DNA of 64,000 nt. Origin: Mustelus asterias. Lineage: Eukaryota. The stretch is taken from NCBI RefSeq assembly GCF_964213995.1, contig NC_135817.1:53320001-53384000 (forward strand), read 5' to 3'. Position 1 is the stretch's first letter, and each line of letters begins with the position of its first letter. This document shows positions 1 to 12,400 of the stretch, piece after piece. The notes beneath the pieces were generated by a model. It was not told the origin of the DNA, made no database searches, and was given only the letters and a program-made list of their open reading frames with translations. The position numbers were made by a program, and so were the translations under genes.

Positions 1-3
1 AAA

Positions 4-461
4 ATGTCGGAGAGTCAGGGAAAGTTTTTTGCACCATGCTCGACAAGTTCAGAACCTCCAAGGAGCTGTAGAACAAAATGCTTGAGCTGTAAAGACGTTT
101 ACACCGATCCCAAGATCTTACCTTGCCTCCATACGTTCTGCCTGGACTGTGTGAGAGGCTTGGAGCAGTTCTCCGTTCCCAGGACACAGGGGGAAGGTGA
201 GTCTGGATCCGGGGGATCACTAGACTGCACTGAACCTGGGGCCTGCATCCTGTGTCCAGTCTGTGATTATGAGGTGCAGGTCCCCGCTGCTGGTCTGCGA
301 GGCCTGACCAGTAATCACCTGATTCTCAATGAAGTTCTGCTGGAGAATCTGAAGAGATCCGACTGCAGGATAGTCTGTGATCTTTGTAACGATGGAAATG
401 CTGAAAGAAGGTGTCACATCTGCTCAACAAATCTCTGTGACTTCTGTTCAAAAGCGCACAG
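4..461 (+). CDS. TRIM45: TRIM45 exon 1 (RING finger + B-box 1)
   Basis: CLSC..PCLHTFCLDC..CPVC RING; CDLC..CHIC..LCDFC..AHR B-box; donor AG|gtaaga at 461/462. Confidence 0.95.
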
Positions 462-3400
462 GTAAGATCTCGGGTCATTGCGATTTTGCTGCAATCTCAA
501 AACTTTGTTCATTGCACAGAGCAATAATTCTAGTGAACTGTACTATCGATAGAGATTTCACTTGTTAAAAGATCAACTGTGTGTGTATGTATATGACATT
601 TAATGTAATAAAGTGTCCCAAGGTGTTTCACATTGGGCATTATAAAACAAAGTTTAAACCCAGTCACAAAAGCAGATAATGGGACAGATAATCTAAACCT
701 TGGCCACACGAGTAGATTTTAAAGAGTTCCTTAAAGAAAGAAGGTGAAGGAGAGAGGTTTAGGGAGGGAATTTCAACGTTTTGGTTCAGGCAGCTCAATT
801 CACAGTTAAAGTTTAAAGTTAAAGTTTATTTATTAGTCACAAGTAAAGCTTACATTAACACTTCAATGTAGTTACTGTGAAAATTCCATAGTTGCCACAC
901 TCTGTTCAGGTACACTGAGGGAGAATTTAGCATGGACGATGCACCTAACCATCAATCAACTGTGGAGCAATTAAAACTGGGGATGTTCAAGAGGACTGAA
1001 TTAGAGCAGCACAGATATCTCAGAGGGTTGTGGGTCTGGAGGAGATGACAGAGGTAAAGAGGGGACAAAGCCATGGAGGGGTTTGAACACAAGAATGCAA
1101 ATTTTAAAAGAGGGGTTTAACCTGAGCCAATGTAGGTCAGCAAGCAGCGGGTGATCGGTGAATGGGACGTTAGAACATGGGAAGCAGAATTTTGGATGAG
1201 CTCATGTCTATGGAGCAGCCAGGGTGAGACAGAATATTGAAACCTCATGGTAACAAAGTCATGGATGACAGTTTCAGTATCAGAGCTGGAGCAGGGATGG
1301 AGTAGGATGATGTTGTGGAAGTTGAAATCGGCGGTCTAAGTGATGGTGCAAATATGTAGTCAGAAGCTCATCTTGGGGTCACGTGTCACACCAAGACTGT
1401 GTACGGTCTAGTTTAGTGTAGGACAGTTGCCTGGGTGAAGGATGGAGTTAAGCGTGAGAGAGTGGAGTTAGTGGCAGAGACTAAAGACAATGATTTTGAC
1501 CTTTCCAATATTTAGTTGGAGAACATTTCCTCTCAACTACCACTAGACACGGATCTGACAGTGCAACAGGGGCCAAGCGAGGTGGTGGGAATGTAGTCCT
1601 GGGTGTCATCAATGTACATATGGAAACTGGCATTGTTTTTACATGATGCTGTACCTGCATGCTGACATTTTGTGTTTCATGTACAAGGACACCCAGATCC
1701 CTCTGTATCATAACATTCTGCAGTCTCTTTCCATATGAATAATGTTCTGCTTTGCTTTTCTTTCTACTAAAGTGGATAATCTCAAATTTCTCCCCCCTAG
1801 CAAAATTCTGCCGCATATGTAATCTATCTTCATCCCTTTGTCAGAAAATTTGGCTACAATACACTCAGTCTATTCATCCATGTCATTATATAGATTGTAT
1901 ATATTTGAGGCTCCCACACTTGTGGTCCTCCAGAAGTTACAGTTTGCCAAGCTGAAAATGACCCATTTATCTGGACTGCTTTCTTTTCTGTTAGTTAGCC
2001 AATTCTTTATCCATGCTAACATATTACACTCAACATTCATGAGCTCTTATTTGTCCAGCAACCTTTGATGTGGCACCTTATCCAATACCTTGTTGAAATT
2101 TAAATACATTTATTGATATCCCCTCTATCCACCCTGCACGTTTCATCCTCAAACATCTCTAATATATTTGTCGGACACAGTTTCCCTTTCATAAAGCCAT
2201 GTTGAATTTGCTTGATTGTGTTATGATTTTCTAAATATCTTGCTGCTATTTCCAGCATTTTGCCACTAACGTACGTTAGGCTAACCAGCTTCCTATCTCC
2301 CTCCTTTGCTGAATAGGGACTTTATATTTGCAGCTTTCCAATTCCCTGGAACCATTCCAGAATCTAGGGAATTTTGGAAAGTTACAACCAATGCATCTAC
2401 TATCCTGTAGCCACTTCTCTCAAGACCGCAGGATTCAGGCCCTCAGGTGGAGGAGATTTATCAGTCTTTAGCACCATTAGTTTCCCCCTTTTCTTCCTCC
2501 AGTAGTTGCGATACATTTCTCCCACCTATTTGTCTCCTGGTTTTCTACTATTTTGAGATGCTTTTAATTTTCTTCTACGAGGAAGACATATAAAATATTT
2601 GGCACAAATTTTGACCCTTTCCTTGTTTTCCATCACTAATTTCCCATCTCATCCTCTAACAGACCAACATTTAACTTAGGTACTCTTCCTTTTTATATAC
2701 GTACAGCTGCTCTTACTGTCTATTTTTATATTTCTTGCTCATTCACTCATTTTTTTTGACCTCTTTATCGTTTATATTGTCATTCTTTGTTGGTGTGTAA
2801 AATTTTCCCAGTTCTCTGGGCTATCGCTAATCTTCTCAGCATTGTATAGATTTTTCTCAATTTGATATCATCCACCACTTCCTTAGTTAGCCAGGGATGT
2901 TTCATTCTCCTCCATGGAGTCTTTCTCAATTGAATATATCTTTGTGACAATTATGTAATATGAGACACGGTGGCACAGTGGTTAGCACTGCTGCCTCACA
3001 GTGCCAGGGATCTGGATTCAGTTCTGGTCTCGGGTGACTGTGTGGACTTTGCACATTCTCCCTGTGTCTGCGTGGGTTTCCTTTGGGTGCTCTGGTTTCT
3101 TCCCATACTCCAAAGATGTGCAGATTAGGTTGATTGGGCGTGGTAAATTGCCCTTTAGTGTCAGGGAGATTAGCAGGGTAAATACATGCATTTACAGGGA
3201 TAAGGCCTGGGTGGGATTGTTGTCAGTGCAGGCTCAATGGGCTGAATGGCCTCTTTCTGCACTGTAGGAATTCTATGATTGATCACATTGCAGTTAAATC
3301 TATCTAATCATACATTTTGGTGATCATAATATTTAAGCTGTAAAACTAATCCTTCCTGTAGGAGGCAGAAGTTGACTGCTTCTCACAACACAGTGGCCCT

Positions 3401-6400
3401 GAAGGACCTCCAAGGTGGAAATGAGAGACTCGTTCGGCCCATCATATGCTCTGCTCATCCCACGGAGGAGCTGAGGATGTTTTGTGAGACATGTGATTGT
3501 CTGGTCTGCCGGGATTGTTGTATGGTGGATCATCGTGGCCACAACTGTGACTTTATTGCTAGTGTCATTAGCAAGCATGGCAGCTTCATCAGGGAGCTTC
3601 TGAAGCAAACCCAGCCACATATCGGTGCTCTTCAGGAAACTTTGCAAAAGATTGCCAATGCTAGGCAGCTGCTACAGGAGCGACTGAGAATGATGACCGA
3701 AGAGGTTAATAACTTTACAGACGATTATATCAGGGCGTTGGAAAAACATCGGAACAGACTTCTGAATGAATTGGAGGAGCTGAGAGTCCAGAGGGAGAAC
3801 TCTTTGAATCTGCAACAGATCCAGTTGGAACAGATTCTGGCAGACATGAGGAATGGAGTGGATTTCACAGAGCATTTGCTGACCAGTGGCACTCATGTGG
3901 AAATCCTACTAACCAAATGTGTGGTGGTCAACCGGTTGAAAGAGCTGAATAAGATTGGTTACAGTACTCACCCTGGGGAGGATGATGGAATACAGTTCCA
4001 GCCACAGGAGCGAGCAGGACAATGCGATGGATTTGAGGTGTTCGGAATCATTGTCACAAAGGCAGTTGATCCCAGCAAGTGTATCCTTCAGGGTGAAGGT
4101 AAGTAAGAAAGATTGACACAACTTTTCGAGTGTTGCATTTATTTTAAAGTTTTGGATTACTGTGCATCTTCCATGGATTTGGTGGCAATGTGAGGATCGG
4201 AGATCATGGTACAAGTGGCAGCATAAGATCACGGTAGTGAAAGGGGAATGTCAAATATGCGGTGAGGATCAGTAATTGGGCAATCTAGTAAATGAGCAAT
4301 GGGAAGGCCTGTGATAAGGAAATGAGGCATTGATGGTGGCCACAATGCTGGTGGAAAGGGGTGGCAAGTTAAATCCAGCCTATGGTTGCAGAGTGACCGA
4401 GGTTGGGAAATAAACATACTGGGGATATTTGATTTTTAGCAGGGTTAGACCAGTTGGAAAAGGTGGGGGGGGGGGGGGGGGGGGGGCAGCTCTTACAATG
4501 AAGGGGCAGCTCTTACAATGAAGCGGAGCTCTCTTAACTAGGGGTTTGCGAGACTGGACTCTGGGAGCTAGTGCTCTGAGCCAGCAATGGCAGCTGTGGA
4601 GTTCTGACTGAACAGTAACATCTGTGAGGACCCTTTAAAACCTCATGTTTAATAATAAGTTTTGGGTGTAACCTAAATGACTGATGTTGAAGGCTTGATT
4701 CCTCCTCCCAAAAAAGGTAGTTTTTAAAAAATTCCTGAAGGTAAAACACTCTTCTCTCCCGACCACCCAGCTACTCTCTCAGCTCCCACTGAGAGGTCAC
4801 GGTGATTTTCAGTCCTTGAAATGTGCCCACAGTGAGAAAAACTTGTGAAGCATTGCAAGAAATGCTAGAATAAATACAGTAGTGGAAAAGAATCCTAGCT
4901 CAGCCAATCGAGGAATGCAGTCAGTTTGGTGAAACTAAGAAACAAGGGGCAGAAAATAGCTTCGAGGCGACCAAAAAATCATTGTGATGACAGAACTCAG
5001 GTAATTAGAAGTACATGTTACACAAGATTAATAAAGGAATCATGGGTGTCTTCAATTATCATACAGATTGGGCAAACTGAATTTGCAGTAATAGTGTGAG
5101 GATGAGTTCACGGAATGCATTCAGGATAGATTCATGATCAACGTGTCAGCAACCAAAAAGGGGATCTAGCATTGTGCAACGAGACAGTGTTAATCAATAA
5201 CCTTCTGGTAAAGGAACCTTTGAAGAAGAATGATCATACTTTTGTGGAATTTTATCTTGACTTTGACAGTGGTTTAGTTTAGTTTGAAGCCAGGTTCTTT
5301 AAATTTGAACAAAACAAACTATATCTGGGTAAAAACAGATTCGAGGATGACGTCAATCCAGAGGTCTTTTGGTGCTTGAGCAGTCCAATTCCTGACCCAC
5401 TGATCTTTGGGAACATGAGATAGGATGTCCCATGAGGTAGTCGGATCCAAAGTGCAGGATTTGCTTCATTTTCTTCCCTTTTCTGCCGATGCTCATTATA
5501 ATTTAGCAGTTTGGACTCTAAAGAATGATGCAGCTTGATGGACAAGCCATCGCCATTTTGAATGAATGGTAGGACATTCCTCCCAGTCATTAATGTCAAT
5601 GCTGCTGCCCACTGATTATATTTGAAGCATTTTCCTTTGTCCTCAATTCATTTGAGAGTTAAGAAAACAGGCTCCAGCAGGGGAGATTTTCCACCATCCG
5701 ACACACAAGTGTGTAGTCCATCAAGGAGTTTTGTCCGAATGTTCTTGAAGCTGGCTTCCAGGAGGGCACTAATGTTTGTTCAATGGTCCTCCCATTGAAT
5801 CTGGAGGATGCAGCAAAGGCATTGCTGATGGAATTTCTCGAATGCTCTTACGCGAGGCTGATGCAGAGTCCAGGTCTCGCTGCAATATAGGAGTGTGCTG
5901 AGGACAACTGCTCTGCACACTAGGGCTTTAATCAACTTGTGGAGATTTTTGTTGTCAACCCATCAGTGTATAGGAGGCTGAGCCAGCACTGCTGATTCAA
6001 TGTTGAATCTCCATGTCAATTTAGAGATAAGTGGCTGCTAAGGTATGGAAAGTGCTCAACATGTTCTGGAATCTTTCCTTCAACATAGATGGGAGGTAAG
6101 AGTGACTGACAGCCTAGGTTGATATGTTTTGTCCGACTTGTGCATGAATCACAAAATGGACAAGCTGATACAGCAAGTAATTGGGAAAACAAATAGCATA
6201 TAAGACTTCATTACCAAGGAATTCAACTATAAGAATAAATACATTTTATTACAATTATCTAGGGCTTTGGTGAGACCACGTCTGGAGTACCTCGCACTGT
6301 TTTGGACCCTTACTTAAGTATGGACATACTTGACTTGGAGGGAGTGAATCACAGGTTCACTAGAAGTATTCCTGGACTTTGGGGATTATGCTATGAGAAA

Positions 6401-9400
6401 AGACAGAGTTGACTGGCCCTTTATTCGCAGCAGTTTAGAAGAATGAGGAGCAATCTCAATTTAGCATATTCAATTCTTAAAGGAGAGGGCATGACAGGGT
6501 AGCTGCTAGGAGAATGTTTCCTTGCCCGGGGAGTCTACAACATGGGGTTACAATCACAGAATAAATTTTTGGCCATTTAGTATTAATAGAGACTGCAAAA
6601 TACTGTTGTACAGGAATCACACAAAGTCAGCATGCAGGTATAGCAAGTGGGAAGGCAAATGGGATGTTGCCTTTTGTCGCAAGGGGAGGAATGGACTATG
6701 AAAATAGGGATGTTTGCTGCACAGGACATCGGTGAGGCCACACCTAGAATACTGTGTGCAATTTTGGTTATCTTGCTTGAGGAGGAATATACTTACATTG
6801 GAGACAGTGCAGGGAAGATTCCCGGGGTAAAGAGGTTGTCTTCTGTGGAAAAGATTGAGCAGGTTGGGCCTACATTGGAGTTTGGAAGCAAGAAAGGTGA
6901 TCATGAGAAAATATATATGATTCTGAGGGGGCTTGACATACTGAGAGGATGTGCCCTTCATGGGGGAATCTCGAACCAGCTGTGACGATACAGTGCCTTT
7001 AAGAAATGTATTTGTGCAGGATCTGTTGCAGCAGTTTGTTTTTGTTAACGGAGACGTTTTGTCTGGATCCAGCAGCACAGTGTTGTTATTGCAGCAACAT
7101 AATTGATGCAGTGTTGATCTGAATTAATGTCAGGTTCCGGTTTGTGTTTTCCCCTGGGATATTTCAGTGTGGAGATTGATAAGGTTGATTGACAAATAAG
7201 GTCATATGACTGGGTGCAGCTCGGCTTTCACTGAAAACTCCCGGCAGTCTGCTTTTTGGGGTTTTTAGAGAGAGGTTGCTTTCTCTGTATCTATTGCTCT
7301 GTCTGATGTGGAGATTGGGATCTGCCAAGGAATAAGCCTTTTTCTCTGAGATTATACTGTTTGGAGTTTTTCTGGAAGTTGCTGCATGAGAATTAGAAGA
7401 TGGGTGTCTGTCTGGATCACTCTCCAGAAGTATCAGAAGGCTGGAAATCTAGTACCTACATAAGCATCTTTGGTTTCTGTGCTAACTGGTTCGAAAGAAA
7501 TGATTCACATCTGTGGACTGCTAAGTTGGAACAATAGAGATAGCTAGTTGTTAAGAATTATACTTTGTCATATTTAGGTATTTTAATTAGTAAAAGTTAA
7601 CACAGGTGCCACAGTTTCAAAATAAGGGGTCAACCATTTAAGGCTGAGATGAGGAGGAATTTCACATGGTCGGTAGCATTTGGAATTCTCTCCCCCAGAG
7701 AGCAATGGAAGCTGGGTCATTTATTTATTCAAAGCTGAGTTGGATAGATTTTTGATTGACAAGGGAGTCAAGGGTTATGGGCAATGGGCAGGAAAGTAGA
7801 GTTAAGGCCATGTCATATCCCCTGGTCCGGATGGGATTTATCCAAGGATTCTCTGGGAGGCAAGAGAAGTGATTGCAGAGCCTCTGGCTCTGATCTTCAG
7901 GTCGTCGTTGGCCTCTGGTATAGTACCAGAAGATTGGAGGTTAGCGAATGTTGTCCCATTGTTTAAGAAGGGGAACAGAGACTTCCCCGGGAATTATAGA
8001 CCGGTGAGTCTCACTTCTGTTGTCGGCAAGATGTTGGAAAAAATTATAAGGGATAGGATTTATAGTTATTTGGAGAGTAATGAATTGATAGGTGATAGTC
8101 AGCATGGTTTTGTGGCAGGTAGGTCGTGCCTTACTAACCTTATTGAGTTTTTTGAGAAAGTGACCAAGGAGGTGGATGGGGGCAAGGCAGTGGACGTGGT
8201 ATATATGGATTTTAGTAAGGCGTTTGATAAGGTTCACCATGGTAGGCTTCTGCAGAAAATGCAGATGTATGGGATTGGGGGTGATCTAGGAAATTGGATC
8301 AGGAATTGGCTAGCGGATAGGAAACAGAGGGTGGTGGTTGATAGTAAATATTCATCATGGAGTGCGGTTACAAGTGGTGTACCTCAAGGATCTGTTTTGG
8401 GGCCACTGCTGTTTGTAATATTTATTAATGATCTGGATGAGGGTATAGTTGGGTGGATTAGCAAATTTGCTGATGACACCAAAGTCGGTGGTGTGGTAGA
8501 CAGTGAGGAAGGGTGTCGTAGTTTGCAGGAAGACTTAGACAGGTTGCAAAGTTGGGCCGAGAGGTGGCGGATGGAGTTTAATGCGGAGAAGTGTGAGGTA
8601 ATTCACTTTGGTAGGAATAACAGATGTGTTGAGTATAGGGCTAACGGGAGGACTTTGAATAGTGTGGAGGAGCAGAGGGATCTAGGTGTATGTGTGCATA
8701 GATCCCTGAAAGTTGGGAATCAAGTAGATAAGGTTGTTAAGAAGGCATATGGTGTCTTGGCGTTTATTGGTAGGGGGATTGAATTTAGGAGTCGTAGCGT
8801 TATGTTGCAACTGTACACAACTCTGGTGCGGCCGCACTTGGAGTACTGTGTGCAGTTCTGGTCCCCACATTACAGGAAGGATGTGGAGGCTTTGGAGAGG
8901 GTGCAGAGGAGGTTTACCAGGATGTTGCCTGGTATGGAGGGGAGATCCTATGAGGAGAGGCTGAGGGATTTGGGATTGTTTTCGCTGGAAAGGCGGCGGC
9001 TAAGAGGGGATCTTATTGAAACATATAAGATGATTAGAGGTTTAGATAGGGTGGATAGTGATAGCCTTTTTCCTCTGATGGAGAAATCCAGCACGAGGGG
9101 GCATGGCTTTAAATTGAGGGGGGGTAGTTATAGAACCGATGTCAGGGGTAGGTTCTTTACCCAGAGGGTGGTGAGGGATTGGAATGCCCTGCCAGCATCA
9201 GTAGTAAATGCGCCTAGTTTGGGGGCGTTTAAGAGATCCGTAGATAGGTTCATGGACGAAAAGAAATTGGTTTAGGTTGGAGGGTCACAGTTTTTTTTTA
9301 ACTGGTCGGTGCAACATCGTGGGCCGAAGGGCCTGTTCTGCGCTGTAATGTTCTATGTTCTATGTTCTATATCATACAGGATCTTATTGACTTACAGAGC

Positions 9401-12400
9401 AGACTCAAGGGACCAGATGACCTACTCCTACTTTTTCTTTCCTTTGATCACTGGATGTGGCTGCTGCTCGCTAGGCCAGGCATTTATTGCCCATCCCTAT
9501 TGCCCTTGAAAAGGGGTGGTAAATCATTCCAGCCTTGAACTGCTGCAGTCCATCATGTGTAGGGGCACCTACTGTGATCATTCTAGCTTTTAGAGCACCT
9601 ACAGTGCAGAAGGAGGCCATTCAGCCCATCAAGTCTGCAGCAACCACAATCCAGGCCCTATTCCCGTAACCCCACATATTTACTCTGCTTATGCCCCTGA
9701 CACTAGAGTCAATTTAGCATGGCCAATCAACCTAACCCGCACATCTTTGGACTGTGGCAGGAAACGGGAACACCCAGAGGAAACCCACGCAGACACGGGG
9801 AGAACGTGCAAACTCCACACAGACAATGACCAGAGGCCAGAATTGAACCCGGGTCCCTGGTGCTGTGAGGCAGCAGTATTAACCACCGTGCCACCACACC
9901 GCCCAAAATATAGTGCAGGCCATTTGGCCCATCGAGTCTTCACCAACCACAATCCCACCCAGGCCCTATCCCCATAACTCCATGCATTTACCCTAGCTAG
10001 TTCCCCTGACACTAAGCAGCAATTTACTGTGGCCAATCCACCTAACCCACACATCTTTGGACTGTGGGAGGGAACCAGAGCACCCAGAGGAAACCCACAC
10101 AGACACGGGGAGAACGTGCAAACTCCACACAGGCAGTGACCCAAGCTGGGAATTCCACCCGAGTCCCTGGCACTGTGAGGGAGCAGTGCTAACCACTGTG
10201 CCACCCAGTAAATAATAGGGGGCACCGGGAGGTGTACACATGAAGCAAATTTCTTTCACTCGAGCGCACTGTACTTTCAGAATTCTGCACCTCACAAGGC
10301 TCTGGATGTTCAGTCATTGAGTACATTAAAACTGAGGTTGATAAATTTTGAGGCACTAAGGTATTCAAGAGATTCAGAATTGACAGGGGATTCACATCAA
10401 GAACGTGTATGGGTGAGATACATATGTGGTACGCCACAGCTCTAAAGAACGAGAAGTGCAAAGTCATTTCAGCTGTAAACTTTGTGTGAATCTCACCAAT
10501 GCTAACAAGTGGGACAGAAAAGCAGAACTTTGCATGTTCCTGGTGGAGATAGTAATGTTAGATAGTGATGTCTGATATCTGGTTGCCATAGTTACCTCCC
10601 ATCATTATTATTCCTTAAACATTGTGAATTTACGTCTTCTTTAGCAAGTGTTAAATCTGAGGGACTTGAAACCTTTTAATTGCTGGATTGAGATCTTGCA
10701 TAATGAATGCTGTCATTCTGATTTTGCTGTTTACTGGAACTGAGTAGAAATCGGATACTCGCCCATAAGATTTGTGAGGACCCCTTGTCCTCTGTAGTTC
10801 CATTTGTCGAATTGCGGCCAGCCAATGGCATGGGTAGCATTGTGAGAACTATTTGTGGTGCTCTTTGAGTGGAATGTTGGCACATTGGGCAAGTCAATAA
10901 AATGCTGTTTCAGAATGTGAGCTGGCTGTGGGAGGATGGAGAAAGTGAACAATATTTAACGGGGTGCGTAAGAGCGGGAAAAATGGTGGGCAGGGCAACC
11001 TGATAGGAGGAACTGAAATGTTGATTTTTCTCATGGTGGCCCACGATGCAGAAACAAAGTCAGTGGCCTGGCAATCACGGGATGGGCTTCACATTGTCTC
11101 ATGGTGGGTTCCCCCATATAATACATTAGCATGCCATGAATACTTATTATATTCAAACATCTTGTAAGTAAGTCCTGCCTTCAAAATCAAGTCAGAGACA
11201 CACATCGGTTTCGAGGTAAGCAGGAGAATGACAGCTTGCATGGAGGCTCGGGAGGGGCAAGGCAGGTGAGTGGGGTGCTGGCGGCAAGGGTGGGCTGGAC
11301 TGGGGTTGAGTCTGGGACCTGGAGGAGTGGAGGACGGATCCAAGGGAGGACAGACAGAGAGTGAAGTCAGGAGCAGAAGGAGAGCTTTTGTCAGTCGACA
11401 ACAGAGGTCACAAAGCCATCAGCAGGCAGCACCAGTGAGTGTGGAGGTCGGGATGCAGCCATCCATGTAAAGCATCATAGAAGATAGGCACTGATGCATC
11501 ACATGTCCTCAGGGCAAGAACCAACTCCGTAGATGTTGCAGAGACAATGCCAGAGAGGACTGAAGCTGTTTCTGGGAACGTATCATTGAAATATGTGCGA
11601 TGATGCAGCAAGACCTGCAGCCATGTGGAATCCCATTCTAATGGCCCTCAATTTTCTCATAACAGTTGCTTTACAGCGCTCCACGGGTGACATATGTGGC
11701 CTATTAGAGGTCATAGTTTGAGGATAAGGAGTAAACCTTTTAGAACTGAGGTGAGGAGGAATTTCTTCACCCAGAGAGTGGTGAATCTGTGGAATTCACT
11801 ACCACAGAAAGTAGTTGAGGTCAACACATTGTCTGATTTCAAGAGGAAATTAGATATTAGCTCTTGGGGCTAAAGGAATCAAGGGATATGGGGTCAAGAC
11901 AGAATCAGGATATTGAATTTGATGATCCGCCATGATCAAAATGAATGGTGGACCAGGCTCAAAGGGCCAAAAGGCCTACTCCTATGTGTCTATTATAGAC
12001 TACAACATGCAAGTGCATAAAGATGACCACTGCCCTCCTCCGTATTGTGAAGGAATTCTCCAATTACTTGTGGGGAAATCTACAGAAGAGCAGTGGGGTT
12101 GAGGAGGGGGGCGGGGGGGTTTTAAAGATGAAATGGGGAGGGTACAGGCCCAACATGTTCCCTCTAGGGCAATAGGAAGGTGTAACAAACCTGGAGAATC
12201 ATGGATGACCAGAGACATTCCGGATACACTGAGAAGGAAAAGAGAGGCTTTTAACTATTATAAGGGAAGGCATTAGTGGGGTACAGAAAGTGAAGGGTGG
12301 AGCTTAAGAAATCAAATAGGAGAGCAAAGAGGGACATGAGATAGCTCTGGCTGGTAAAAGTAGGGGAAATCTGAAGATAGTCTATAAGTATATCAATGGG

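Noticed and set aside
4465-4523. Poly-G run plus 20-bp tandem duplication (poly-G also near 24729-24745)
   Set aside because: Simple slippage-type repeats with uncertain homopolymer length and no functional evidence.
7869-9275. 468-aa ORF as a host gene
   Set aside because: It is a 5'-truncated CR1 ORF2 with a LINE tail and lacks the endonuclease domain.
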